The notes: generated from the letters alone by a model not told the origin. DNA of 64,000 nucleotides from the human T2T-CHM13v2.0 reference genome, Homo sapiens (GCF_009914755.1 NC_060942.1), one strand, 5' to 3'. Counted from the stretch's first letter, positions 1 through 13,460 are shown. Made by a program: numbers and translations.

Positions 1-114
1 GGCTTATGGGTTTATAGCTAAGATATCATCTTGATGAGCATCAGTTGTTTTGGGGACACGTTGAGGCTTAAGTTTGGAATGCAGAGAAGAAGAAAGGTTT
101 CTTTGGAGACTAAA

Positions 115-570
115 GTAGAGATCTGTTCTGCTCATCCAGAATCTATCCTTGGCCCTCTGGTAACAGCTCCGCTGTCCCCCTTTTGGGGATTTCGCTCCCC
201 CATTGCAAATACTCCTGGTGAAACTGTAAATTGAGATGTTCTGCCCTCATCAGGCCAGGAATGGGCAAATAACATTAGCCAACATATAAGCCTCTTTCTG
301 GAATTTGAACTTTAAGCCGCATGACAATAATTTTTTAAAATTATTGCTATTGATTCATCCCAGTGGTGGCATACTGAAAAGACTGTCCCTTAGTTCCTGC
401 CACTTAGATCTCTAGAGCTATTCATCATTCCAAGGTCTATTTTCTCCATATTTTATTTTATTTTATTTTAGGAACTACCCCATACCTTATCCATCAATTA
501 AATTTCTCTCATTTAGAAGTAGTCACAGTTATTTGCTGTTGCTAACAACAAAGAATTGTAACCAGCACAG
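115..570 (+). mobile_element. Old MaLR solo LTR (MLT1K/L-like)
   Basis: Start resembles MLT1K/L (atctgttctgctcatccagaatctatcc...tctggtaacagc). The 3' end attaaatttctc...gctgttgctaacaacaaagaattgtaaccagcaca matches the MLT1 terminus. Confidence 0.55.
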
Positions 571-1070
571 ATATTCCTAAGGAGATGTAAACAGTATGGG
601 TCATTGAGAGCCTGGGAAGAAGCTCTACCCAGACAAGGGCAAGAGGTGCACAGTGAGGTGGCTGAAGACAGCAATATACAGCCTTCAGCCCTGCACAGGC
701 TGGTCTACCTTTGATGAAGGTAAAGCCACTCTAATAACATAGACTTCTACTTTTTCACAATGTCCAGTGCCTTCTATAAACTTATCTTTTCTCATTTTTT
801 TTAGAAAAGCCATAGACCATTTTTAAAGTCTACAGTGGAAATATTTCCTTTCTCAGAGACCTTGAAAGCCCAAATAAAATGAGTTTGAGTGTTCTGAATC
901 TTCCCAACTATGAGGGTCTGGAGGCAGGAAAAAGAGAAAAGACTTCATCTTCCCCATAACCTTAATCTTCCCAATTCCTAGGTAAATGTGTATCTATGGT
1001 AAATCTCAGGAGCTCTCTTAGATGTCCTGTCACCAGGAAAGTGATCCAGCTAAAACCTTGGGATAGTGTG

Positions 1071-3353
1071 TGTATTAGTCCTTCTCACGCTGCTATTAAA
1101 AAATACCCAAGACTGGGTAATTTATAAAGGAAAGAGGTTTAATTGATTCACAGTTCCACAGGGCTAGGGAGGCCTAGAGAAACTTACAATCATGGCAGAA
1201 GGGGAAGCAAACACATGGGGCAGCAGGAGAGAAAAGTGCTGAACAAAAGGGGGAAAAGTCCCTCATAAAACCATCTGATCTCATCAGAACTCACTATCAT
1301 GAGAACAGCCACATGGGGTAACTGTCCCCATGATTCAATTACCTCCCACCAGGCCCCTCCCATGACACATGAGGATTATGGGAACTAAAATTCAAGATGA
1401 GATTTGGGTGGGGACACAGCCCAATCATATTCCACCCTGGCCCCTCCCAAATCTCATGTCCTCATATTTGAAAACACAATCATACCTTCCTAACAGTCCC
1501 TCAAAGTCTTAACTCATTCCAGCATTAACCCAAAAGTCCAAGTCCAAAGTCTCGTCTAAGACAAGGCAAATTCCTTCTGCCTCTAAGCCTGTAAAATTGA
1601 AAGTAAGTTAGTTACTTCCTAGATACAATGGGGATACAGGCATTAGGTAAATACACCCATTCCAAAGGGGAGACCTTGGTCAAAACAAAGGGGCTACAGG
1701 CACCATCCAAGTCCAAAATCCAGTGGGGCAATCATTAAACCTTAAAGTTACAGAATGATCTCTTTGACTCCATGTCTCATATCCATGGCACCCTGATGCA
1801 AGAGGTGGGGTCCCATGGCCTTGGGAAGCTCTGGTCCTTCACCTTTGCAGAGTACAGCCCCACTCCCAGCTTCTTTCATGGGCTGGTGTTGAGTGCCTGT
1901 GGCTTTTCTAGGCTCATGGTGCAAGCTGTCAGTGGATCTACCATTGTGGAGCCTGGAGGATGGTGGCTCTATTCTCACAGCTCCACTTGGCAGTACCCCA
2001 GTGGGAACTCTCTGTAGGGGCTCCAACCCCACATTTGTCTTCTGCACTGCCCTACCAGAGGTTCTTCATGAAGGCTCTGCCCCTGTGGCAAACTTCTGCC
2101 TGGACATCCAGGCATTTCCATACATCCTCTGAAAGCTAGGCAGAAGTTTGCAAACCTCAATTCCTGCAGGACCAACACCACATGGAAGCTGCCAAGGCTT
2201 GGGACTTGCAACCTCTGAAGCAATGGCTCAAGCTGTATGTTGGCCCATTTTAGCCATCGCTGGATCTGAAGCAGCAGGGACACGGGGCACCATGTCCTGA
2301 GGCTGCACAGAGCAGAGGGGCCCTAGGCCCAGTACACAAAAGCATTTTTTCCTCCTAGGTCTCCAGGCCTGTGGTGGAAGGGGCTGCTATGAAGGTGTCT
2401 GACATGCCCTGGAGACATTTTCCCCATTGTCTTGGTGATTAACATTTAGCCCCTTATTACTGGCACAAACTTCTGCAGCTGGCTTGAATTTTTCTCTGGA
2501 AAATGGGCTTTTCTTTTCTATCACACGTCAGGCTGCAAATTTTCTGAACTTTTATTCTCTGCTTCCTCTTTAACACTTTGCCACTTAGAAGTTTCTTCTT
2601 CCAGATACCCTAAATCATCTCCCTCAAGTTCAAAGCTCCACAGATCTCTAGGGCAGGGGCAAAATGCCACCAGTCCCTTTGCACAGCAAGAGTGACCTGT
2701 ACTCCAGTTCCCAACAAGTTTCTCATATTATTATTATTGTCCATTTTAGTCCAAGCTATTCAACAAGTCTTTAGGAAGTTCCAAACTTTCCCTCATCTTC
2801 CTGTCTTCTGAGCCCTCCAAGTCTCTAGGAATTCCAAACTTTCCCACATTTTTCTGTCTTCTTCTGAGCCCTCTAAACTGTTCCAACCTCTGCTTGTTAC
2901 CCAGTTCCAAAGTCGCTTCCACATTTTTGTGGAATATATCTTAAGAGCAGGGCCCCACTCTCTATGGTACCAATTTACTGTATTAGCCTGTTCTCACACT
3001 GCTAATAAAGACATAACTGAGAGTGGGCAATTTACAAAGGAAAGAGATTTAATAGACTCACAGTTCCATAGGGCTGTGAAGGCAACAGGAAACTTACAAT
3101 CATGGCAGAAGGGGAAGCAAACATGTCCTTTTTCACATGGAGGTAGGAGAGAGAAGTGCTGAGCAAAAGTGGGGAAGGCCCCTTATAAAACCATCAGATC
3201 TTTTGAGAATGAATTCACTATCAGGAGAACAGCAGCATGGGGGTGCCCCCATGGTTCAATTACCTCCCACCAGGTTCCTCCTGCGACACATAAGGATTAT
3301 GGGAACTACAATTCAAGATGAGATTTGGGTGGAGACACAGCCAAACTATATCA
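1071..3353 (-). mobile_element. Full-length THE1C-type MaLR provirus (LTR 1071-1430, internal 1431-2978, LTR 2979-3353)
   Basis: Two direct ~370-bp LTRs (tgtattagtc...gagatttgggtgg.gacacagcc) bracket the THE1 internal sequence. 5-bp TSD GTGTG at 1066-1070 and 3354-3358. Confidence 0.95.
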
Positions 3354-3540
3354 GTGTGGCTCAGTGTTTCCCAGACATTAGACTTCACATGCCAGTAAAG
3401 CTTAAAAAAAATTAGACTGACTTGCAATTGCTATTTTTTTGTTATACCATATAAGAATATTAAACTAGAAGAAATCACCAAATACCATCACCACTGATAC
3501 TTAAAGATAAATTTAAAAATAAAAAGCAAGCAGTATATAC

Positions 3541-3544
<4 letters not shown>

Positions 3545-3578
<34 letters not shown>

Positions 3579-3595
3579 GCACGCACACACCACAC
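3545..3595. repeat. (CA)n microsatellite
   Basis: About 15 perfect CA units followed by degenerate units. Confidence 0.95.
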
Positions 3596-4299
3596 AAAAT
3601 CAACTAAATGAGCTCTAGGAAAATCCTAATTTATATTGTCCTTATTTCCCTAAGTTCACTGTAGAAAAACAAGCCCTGGTTCAAGAAATGGCCAATAGTT
3701 GCATGCCTCTGAGCAGCACCCTGGAGGCAGAGGTCTCTCACTTTGAGATTAACCAGATGATACACAAAGGTTTAGCTTTCTTCTTTTCAGACACACCTTT
3801 TCTGGAGACCAACGACAACTACCATCACTGATCCAAGGGCTGAGAAAGATTTTGTTTATGTAAACACGTTGTCATGCTGGACTGATTAGGGACTGAACTG
3901 GCTTGGTGTTCTTAACAGAAACTTCCACACCCAAAGGCAAAACCATGAGCATATTACACAATGCCCTGGGGTCAAGGCTGTAGAGTCCCTGGGAAACTCT
4001 CTTGGCCCCCTTTTCCAGCTCCTTCTGGCCTCTGGTCTCTAGTTTCTCCTTCATACCTGACCTTCACCCCTCTGCTCAGTGTGTTTAAATAGGTGCTTGG
4101 TTTTATCCCTAGATAGAGCCCCAAGCCATGGTTCTATCTGCTGTAGATCTTTAGCCAACTCAGCAATACCCTTAACCCTATCCTAAGTTCCAGGAACCTC
4201 TGCCCATTTCTGTTATACCCAGGCCTACATTTTCAGAAGGGATTTTGGACAATCAACTTGATCCCTTCTGGCCATGACAGATTGTGAGCTCAATTTGAT

Positions 4300-4630
4300 T
4301 GTCTTAGTCCATTTGGGTTGCTATAACAAAATACCATAGACCGAGTAATTTATAAACAACAAAAATTTATTGCTAACAGTTCTGGAGCCTGGGAAGTCCA
4401 AGGCACTGGCAGATTCAGTATCTGGTAAGGGCTTTGCAGATGGTGACTTGTTGTTGTGGTCTCACATGGGGGAAGGGAAAGGCAGCTCCTGGAATCTCTT
4501 TTATAAGGGATTAGTGCTTTCCCCTCATAACTTAGTCACCTCCCAAAGCCTTACATCTTGATAACTTCAGCTTGGTGGTTAAGATTTCAACATATGAATT
4601 TAGGGGGAACACACACATTCAGACATAGCA
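4300..4630 (-). mobile_element. MLT1A0-like solo LTR
   Basis: tgtcttagtccatttgggttgctataacaaaataccatagac...aacatatgaattt...cattcagacatagca is the reverse-complement MLT1A signature. Confidence 0.85.
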
Positions 4631-5032
4631 ATGACCATACTATCACCATGCTCTATTCGTGTATTCTAGTGTAAGTCAGCAAATCCTTCATATTACGTCT
4701 CTGAATCCTTTCCTTATGGGAGTCAGGAGGGAAAAAGACTGCTAAGCAAGTACTGGAAGCATGCATAGGTGGTCACACAGGTAGGAGAAAAGGTATACAC
4801 CACTAGCTTTAAATTCAAGAGTAATGGCAGATGAACGCTTGTTGCAAACTTCTGTAGGTCAATTCAAGGAAGCACGGGCAAGTGGAAGAGAAGAGTCAAG
4901 AGTAGCAGAAACTAGCAGAAACTAAAGACCAACCCTTTTATCATTACTTGTTCAGAATACTGGGTTGCCAGTGCCTATGTTAAAGTAGTCAGAATTAAAA
5001 GGTCCACATTATCTTAAACATGAGTTACGATT

Positions 5033-5385
5033 TATATTAGCCATCTTAAATTATTCTGCAGTAATAAATTATCCCCTAATCTTTGTGGCTGACAACACTA
5101 ACAGTTTAGTTCTTCTCCTGTTACATCGTCATTACAGGTTGGCTGCCGCTCTGCTTTACATGTCTTCATTCCAGGACCCAGACTGATACAGCAGCCCCTA
5201 TCTGGTATATTATTGGTCTCATGGCAGAAGGAACATGGAAGAATCACACAGCGGCTTTTAAAGCTCATGCTGGGAATTGGCATGTGACACTTCCACTCAC
5301 ATTTCATTGGCCAACCACATCACATGGCCAAGCCTAATGTCAATGAGGTAGGGTCAAAGCATGTTTTGAATAATACAATAGACCC
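5033..5385 (-). mobile_element. MLT1J-like solo LTR
   Basis: Contains cacttccactcacatttcattggcc...cacatggccaagcctaatgtcaatg and ccaggacccagactga...gcagcccctatctgg, typical of MLT1J. Confidence 0.75.
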
Positions 5386-6929
5386 CATGAGTACTCTGTT
5401 TTATCTTTCTCATTAAATATCTCCTAACAAGTACAAGTGCCAACAGTCTGTACAAATCCTATTACTCTGAAATTATCAGTAGCACGATATCCAGACCACA
5501 GTCTTCATAACTCCTTAAGTCTCCAAATCTCTTCCAAGTATACTGCCAATCCTTCAGTGCTCCTCTGTTCTTCAGGGGAGCCTGCTTACAAAATGGCAGA
5601 CATGCTCACATGTCTGTCAGTGTTTAGAGTTGATAATGCAAGCACAGCATTTCACCACAGCCCTGGTGGCTGAGTTGCAAAATTATTTATGGCTTTCCCA
5701 TTTATGGCATGCTGCTCAGTTTCCCATGAGTTGCTAGGAAAAATTCCTGATAGCTACTATGAGCCATTGAAACCTATGAGACTTCATTTATTATGGCATA
5801 ATATACACATTACCTCACTTGTGTTAGACCATATGGAGAGCTCTCTGTTGAATTTGGCATAGTTCCTGGGGTGAAACGGGAACGGATTCTGTTCCTAGTC
5901 CTCTTCAATTATGCTGTATGTTGGATCAGGCAGCCAACTTCAACAGATCATCTGGGCATAGCAATCAGTCCTCAGGACAACATCACTGGCTTCACCTATG
6001 CCAATGAAGAATAATAAATGTGACATTGAAGAGTGTCTGAGTGGCAGAGAATAGCAAGATCCCAAGAGTGGATCAATAGGGTGCCCTGCTGAAAGTGAGT
6101 TTGTGTGTGGGAGTTGAAGGAGAAGCAGGGCATCCCTTTTTCACTCATTCTGGAACAGGATTTGGAAGGAGAGGCAAGAAGCTCAAGAGAACCTGAAAAG
6201 CATAGCTAGTTCTAAGCCCAAATGAGCAACTAGCCACAACGCCTTAAATGGAGAAAGGTCCACCCATGGGTAAAGCCGCAGTACACAATCTGCCATGCCA
6301 ATTTTCCTCTGCTTAAATAAAGGAACAAATGAACACTTGGTCTCTGTAGGCATTGAGGGAGGGAATGTTAATCCCCATAATGTAGATTTAAGGAGAAAAG
6401 TGGCCAATATGTGGGTATTTTGGTAAATCTGGGGCTGGTTTATATGATCCAAAGTAGGCTTTGTTTGTTTTGTTGTACACATGATTGGAATTCCTTTGGG
6501 AGGCCTTTTCTACTTGGATGGTAGGGGGAACACTAACCGTTTTAGTAATTGATCAGACATTTTACTAATTATTACAATGATTTATCTAATGTAAAAGCAA
6601 CCACATAAAAACTGGTCTGGAAATTAATATGATAACCTGAGAAAACAATCCTAATAATTTTCTCCTTTTACAATTAAAATTTTAAAAATTGTTCTGCACT
6701 TTTCCTGTTTACATTGCCACTCCATCTGTCTATGTCTGTGAATCTCTCTGCCTTTTGCTCTCTCTTTCTCCCTCAAACACACACATTGACCTAAAAGGCA
6801 AAGCAAAACTCTTCAATAAGTAAGAAGAGTTAGCAAGTACTCTAAGAGACTTAGTGTGTAACCACAATCCTTCCCCATCTTTCTTTTTCCGCATGGCATC
6901 TCCTATGCTTCTCATCTTTATTGAAATGG

Positions 6930-7760
6930 AACATTAATACTTGAAGAGTTCCCATTGCAAGATATTATCACTAATAATGAGCTGTGGGTGAAACAGACCA
7001 CTCGCTTCCAAAGACAGTTCTAACTTTGCTGATGGTTGGGTATTTGAAATAAAACCAAAAGATTGGTGCCCATCCCCCCAAAAAAGTCTAATTAGTGTTC
7101 GTCTATTGGAGAGGAAGCTGAGCATGCTGCTCCACCACTGCCAAATGAAATTAAGGCCCAATTATTGATAAATGAAGAGTGGTTTGTGCTGGAGCCTGGC
7201 CTGGAGTCGCGGAAATACATCTGTCATTTGGCCTGCGCAGGAGTCATTCATGTGTGACATAGCATCCTGTGCATTTATCATGCATCTGTAGATTTTTGTT
7301 TTAATTCAGTTAGCTGTCTAACTAGATTCAGTGCTGGATGCCTCGAATGGAGTCAGGATTTGGACTGACAGATGCAATTCTAGTCTGAAATGGTGTGTGA
7401 CAGGACTAGCTATCCTGCATATTAATTATTATTGAAACCATTATAGGCAGAGCTTTTGCACAAATGGTCGATTCGGTTATCTGTTTTGTGGCTTCTATAG
7501 TTAACAATTGCCCAGTTGCTCCAGGGCAGGTAGGAGACATGCTGGATCAATGAACCATTGTTGTTAAGTGCACTTACTATTACCATGAAAATTAGAATGG
7601 AGGTGCTTGAAAGGCAGGAATGAAAATGCCCCTGCCTTACCATTATGCAAATTACAAATTCTATAAATGAGATAAGTGGGGAGAGAAACACTTTTCATAA
7701 ATCTTAACTAGGTAAAAGAGTTTATTAAGTCCATTGTCAAAAACAAATTGAAAACAAACA
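6930..7760. promoter_or_regulatory. Candidate conserved non-coding developmental enhancer
   Basis: Repeat-free. TAATTA at 7089 and 7423, TGACAGATG on both strands (7218-7226, 7366-7374), TGACAG at 7398, SOX AACAAT/CATTGT at 7503, 7556 and 7732, octamer ATGCAAAT at 7645. Function is inferred only. Confidence 0.45.
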
Positions 7761-9000
7761 TTTGTTAAATTGATTAAAAAAAAGAAAAAAAGGAAAGCAA
7801 GAAAAGAAATGTCTGCCGGGCTGTTCCCAACCTAACCCCTCTACACAATGCTTAGTTTGGTAGCATGCTAAGGTTTAATTTAAAGTTCTTGTCATTTTAT
7901 CATTCAGTTGCATAAAATGTTGAAAATAACCATTATCTTCAAAAAGAAGCCAGTAATGCAATTCTTATCCAAAGTTCTGAGAAAATATTTTCTGAGGAGG
8001 ACTTTAATGAGACCAGTTCCAAGGAAGGACAACCATCCTGTCTCAACCTCCGTGGTTCTCCTTTGTTTTTTACATATTTGACATATATCCTAGTTATTCC
8101 CCCAACTCTTTCTTATTTCAATCATCCAGTGAACTTTGGTGAGCCCTGCAAAAAACATTCCCATCACAGAGGATTGATTGAGGTAAATGTTGCTGAAACT
8201 TACGGTGTTCCTTGCCATTTGCTTATCAACCTCATGTATATGAATTATGTGATCGCAAACTGTGAGTTCTGTTTCTGGCACAGCACAAATTACACACTTT
8301 CACTCCTTAAAGAATTTATAAAGTTGCTGAGGATTTTGATACAGCAAAATACAAAATGGTAACACAATGAAATGTACTATTTTGCATTAAAGAGAAAATT
8401 CATGGCGGAGTTAAACTAAGAATGATGAATTTGCATCTTTTAAAAAAAATCATATTTGTTAAGGGACATTTCATTTTGGTATTTCAGGTCCAAAGAAGCT
8501 TCTACTCTCTTAAATAATTAAAAATTTGCATCTTAGAATAAATGCTTTTTCATCTGATGTTTAAAAATGAGGTGCTTAAAAAGAACCCGGCTTCAATTTA
8601 AAAGTTCAATGGCTTGATTATGATATTGGGTTACAAGATTTTCGCTGTTAAAGATCATCTTGAATAAAAGAGCAAATTAGAAAGCAATGATATATCTTGG
8701 TATTAATAGATCTTAAAATATTAATAGTCACAATATTCAGGAAATATAAGTAAATTTTGACTACAGTTTGGAAGCTATTATCATTTTTGCGTGATTAGCT
8801 ACTGCAACTTATAATGTTTGCTTCACTGCTTTATTTCTTTCAATAGCTTTTTTTTTTAATGAGACTCCAAAAACTTAATTATGGCTTATGCAAATATCAT
8901 TTGAGGGAAAAGAGGGTAATATTAAATCTTTAAAAGCTTTGTTAGGTTAAATGCTAGGAAATTCGTTGTAGGTATTAATGGCATTCAGAGGAAAAATTGA

Positions 9001-9380
<380 letters not shown>

Positions 9381-10011
9381 AGTTCTTTCCAACTTTTTAA
9401 TCAAAGATGAGTATTTTCCAAACCTGGAGGGAAAAAAAGAGTTAAAAGAGAGTTTTTGCCTGTGACTTATGTACAGATCAGAAGTCAAATTAAGCCCATT
9501 CTTTGCCAAAACTGCTGTAAATGAACACTTGAAGTATGTGGCTACTCTCTTAATAGGCATAATGCAAAACTTCTATTTTTTTATTGAATCATCTACTTTT
9601 TTTCTATATTGACTGGATCTCCAATAGTGTGTAAAACCTACAGAAAAATAAACAGGTGAATTAGAGTAACCATCAGGTTTAACTAAGATGCTAAAATTAA
9701 AATGTTTTTCTGGGAAGATATGAAGTTAAAAATACGCTACATATTTTTAAAGTACCCATAGCCTACTGAGCACTGCACTTGAAGAATGCTTAATATCATG
9801 AAGTTGCCAAATGATACAAACAAAAGTAATGTTTGAGAAGGATGGGAATAAAATGGCAGGAAGAAGGGGAGGACAGGGTCAGAAAAGAAGCAGACAGAAA
9901 AGGACAGATTGGATTATATGCCTCTAGAGCAGTGATTCCCAGCTGTCTGACTTTGGACCACTACTAGCCTATGAACATTCACTAGCCTGCTGCTAAAAGA
10001 AATAAAAGTTT

Positions 10012-10538
10012 GGAGAAGGAAAACCTTTTTCTCTACTTTCTTAAGTTCAGTACCTGGAGGCCTGTGAATTAAACTTACAAAAGACAAGTTAATAGGAGAA
10101 AAAGAACACAGTTTGTATTAATATTTACACCCATGAGAGTTCACATACAAAAAGATAAAATGCAAACAAGTGATTAGACTTGGGGGCTTATACACCATTT
10201 TAACAAAGGAAAGGAGCGTGAGCATCAAGTGACATTAAGTTGTGGAGAAGTGACTAGGAAACATGGGGAGGAACTAATGGAAGATAAGATTTTAGTAAGA
10301 TCTGTTTATGTAAACTCACCTTAATGTTAACTCTGGTCTTTCATGTTAAGAGCTGCTATTCTTTCTCTTGGGTAAGAGAGAACCTTCTTCAAAGGGAAAT
10401 TTATGTACAGCTTTTTAGGCAGAAAAGGAGAGGACAGTAAACTCTTCCTGCATTTCTTGATTCTTAATTGGCTTCAGCTCACAATAATCCTTATGCCAAA
10501 GTGGCATATTTGAGGGTGAGATATTCTGATCTCCTTCA
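10012..10538 (-). mobile_element. ERV1 solo LTR (MER34-family)
   Basis: Reverse complement begins tgaaggagatcagaatat...aaatatgccactttggcataaggattattgtgagctgaag. Confidence 0.75.
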
Positions 10539-10801
10539 GAATATAATACTCTGTTTTAAAAAATGATGATACATACTTTCAGTTAACTTAGCTGTCTTTT
10601 AGTCTCAGAGTTTGTTTTCTACATTTTCAGCTTTTAAAAAAACTTTCTGTCATGGAAACGTGTTTGTAATCAGTGGTATTCTTTTTCTCTAATGTCTCTA
10701 CTAGGCAAGGTAAAACCCTGGTGACTTTAATACATTCCTTTGATTGATTTTATTTTATTTTATTTTTTGTTTCAATAGTCCATGATTTCTCAAACAGTTG
10801 G

Positions 10802-11192
10802 TGCAATAGTTTAAATGTTTGTCCTCTCCCTAACACACGTTAAAATTTAATTGCCATTGTCACAGTATTAAGAGGAAGGACCTTTAAGAAGTGATTAGGC
10901 CATGGTGGTTCTTCCCTCATGAATAGATCAATGCTATTATCGTGGAAGTGGGCTTGTTATTGCAGGAGTAGGTTCCTTACAAAAGGATGAGTTCAGCCTC
11001 CTTTTGCCTCTTTCTCTCCCTCATTCTCTTTTTGCCCTTCTTTCATGGGATGATGCAGCAAGAAGGCCCTTGCCAGATGCCAGCAACTTGATATTGAACT
11101 TCTCATCCTCCAGAATGGTGAGCCAATAAATTCCTGTTCATTATGAATTACTCAGCCTGTGGTATTCTAACAGCACAAAATGGATGAAGGCA
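10802..11192 (+). mobile_element. MSTD-like MaLR solo LTR
   Basis: tgcaatagtttaaatgtttgtcc...gcagcaagaaggcccttgccagatgcc...aataaattcctgttcattatgaattac. Confidence 0.8.
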
Positions 11193-11234
11193 CCTGGAAA
11201 CAGTGTTCTAAGGCAGTGCCTCCAGAGGAAATAT

Positions 11235-11620
11235 TAATAATAGCCATCTTTATTGAGTCCTTGCTATGCTTCAGACAATATGCAGAGAGTTCCGTGTATT
11301 CTCTTTAACATTAATACTGATCCTAACAGATAGACAGTGTTGTCCTGATTTAATAAATGAAGAAAGCAACTTAACAGAAGTTAAGTTGCTTGCCCATGGT
11401 GACATAACCATAGGATGACCTTATCATCTACCATTTAAACTGTACACATTTTAAAGTGAAAGACGGCAATATTAACAATTACACCAGGATAACAGATACA
11501 GCAAGGTCTTTCCAGGACAACATAGACCATAGAGTCATCCTACAGAACTACTGTATAAGCCAGAATTTAAATCAGATTGCATCTAAAGCCCATAATGCTC
11601 TTCCCATGTTTTAAGCTGCC
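11235..11620 (-). mobile_element. MIR split by MER81
   Basis: MIR core aataaatgaagaaagcaactt..agaagttaagttgcttgccca, which resumes after 11542. Confidence 0.65.
11411..11542 (+). mobile_element. MER81 (hAT-Blackjack MITE)
   Basis: TIRs taggatgacc and agtcatccta. Degraded 8-bp TSD cataacca / cagaacta. Confidence 0.75.
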
Positions 11621-12844
11621 TCTGGAAGTTTCTGTATTTAAATAAAAAAATAAAGAGATCTATTTTGAAGAAACTGAATTCATAGAACTTTATGATACCA
11701 AGATACACAAAATAATAATTCAGTCAACAATCCAAGATGATTTGTACCACAGGACGTCTACCACCAATGGTGGTTTTATGAGTGGTGTAAGGATGAAAAG
11801 GAGATAATGTGTGTGGGACACGGGCTTGTATCAGAGCTATGTGTTAATGCCTGCTCTTAAGAGAGGAATTCATTTTCCATATGCAGAAGTTAAATGAGTG
11901 TAATGGTTTTGTGAGATTCTGACTTCATCTAATGGTGCAGCCAGGACAAAGATAGGGAGAGATTCCCTGGTGGTGAGTTACAGCAGCCAGCAACACAACC
12001 CCAGAAATGGGTCTGAGACTAAAAGAGTCTAGCACTATCAAAAAGAAATAGAAAGTCTGGCAATTATTTGCCTTGAATAGGAGCCCTAATATATACTGTA
12101 GTTAATAGTGTGTTCTTAACTTTCCCTCTGTTATCTGTGAAAAATGCAGGCAAAAACTGTGTGTCCCAAATAGATCAAGATGATTGTTGGGAACAGAGCT
12201 TAATTCCACTAAATCAAAATGATGCCTCATCACTTCCATCTCCCCAATGTTGTAATGAATGAGTGCCATTAAACTTTGAGGTCTACTCCCAATTCTCCCA
12301 CCTGCACTGTGACCTATAACTTTTTAATTTTGAGAGAAAGGCTCTTCCCTTGCCAGAAAGTGCTTTCTGTTTGTGAAAGAGTATGTAAAACAGCACCAGG
12401 TGAAGAATGACTTTTTCACCCAGTCTTGAAACCATCACAAAGAGACAAATTTTGCTGCTTTTGCTTCGTGTGTGAATTTTTTTTTTTCTACACAGCTCTA
12501 TTCATTGCCTAAAACAATGGGGCCAGTGTTGGCCAGCAAAGAATAGTGCTATTCATGCGCCCTGTACCCTGCACAGTGCCTACACTTGTTAGTCTTGGCT
12601 GCCCTGTGAGGCTGGCTGCTGGCAAGAAAGTCGGGTCTATGTTGTTGGATGGTGTAGCAGATCAGAGAACGAACACTGGCAGCCAGATTCCCAGATAACC
12701 TCAGCTCCTCTAGAAAACTCTTGTTGACATAAGCCTGTGCTTTGAGGGGTGTCTTGGAATTCCAAGAACTTGGGCCAGGTGTGAGGCCAGGTGGTTGTGG
12801 TCCCATTCCAGCCATTCCCATCCTCCTGCTACAACCAAAGCAAT

Positions 12845-13072
12845 TTCGTTAGGGGTCAAATGCCTGGTTTAGGAATCAGACACCTGACTTGAATTCTGGC
12901 TCCAGGGCTGACTGGCAATAGGACCATAAGCAAGTCTCTTAACTTCTCTGAATCTCTATTCCATCATCTATAGAGAGGGCATATCAATGCCACCTACCTC
13001 ATGGGGTATCGTGAAATTCAATGACATAGTATTATGCTATGATTTACATGGAATAAATGTTAGCTATTATTG
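12845..13072 (+). mobile_element. MIR
   Basis: ggaatcagacacctg...gcaagtctcttaacttctctgaatctc...cctacctcatgggg...aataaatgttagctattatt. Confidence 0.8.
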
Positions 13073-13460
13073 TCATTAATAAGAGACTGATGTAGTGATT
13101 ACTGTCACTAATGAAAGATTGGTTTAGGGCATCCTCTCTCGGTAGAAAATTAACCACTGTGAAATCATGGGCAACATCATTGAAGTGATGAGTGACTGGA
13201 GGGAGGGGAGAAAGAGGACAAGCCTCAGAACCAGGCTGTGCTTGTAGTGCCAAAGTAAAATGTTTTACACAGGGAAGAAAGTGTACACTGGCAGAGGCCA
13301 CTCTGTTTGTCTCAAGGATTGAACAGAAGACTAATTTGCTTTCATGTGGCTTATTCCAAAGGACAGTTCCATAAATGTATGCTAGAGATGGTCTCATCAG
13401 CCTCTTCTCTAGCTCTCCAACCTAGAGTGAGTGCAGCAGAAAACCTGGACCCTATCCTTA

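Larger units (their letters stand above)
9930..11205. mobile_element. hAT-Charlie DNA transposon remnant interrupted by two LTRs
   Basis: Charlie-like termini cagtgattccc and ggaaacagtg. Flanks ctctagag and ttctaagg resemble a degraded 8-bp NTCTAGAN target duplication. Confidence 0.45.

Noticed and set aside
1748-2283. Overlapping ORFs of 79-102 aa
   Set aside because: They lie inside the THE1 internal region and are fragments of decayed MaLR sequence, not a host gene.
3772-3865. Acceptor ttcttttcag| at 3790 as an exon start
   Set aside because: Only a weak downstream donor (tat|gtaaac), so support is insufficient.
12470-12800. Strong plus-strand acceptor (T-run ctacacag| at 12495)
   Set aside because: No good donor within typical exon distance, and isolated acceptors are common by chance.
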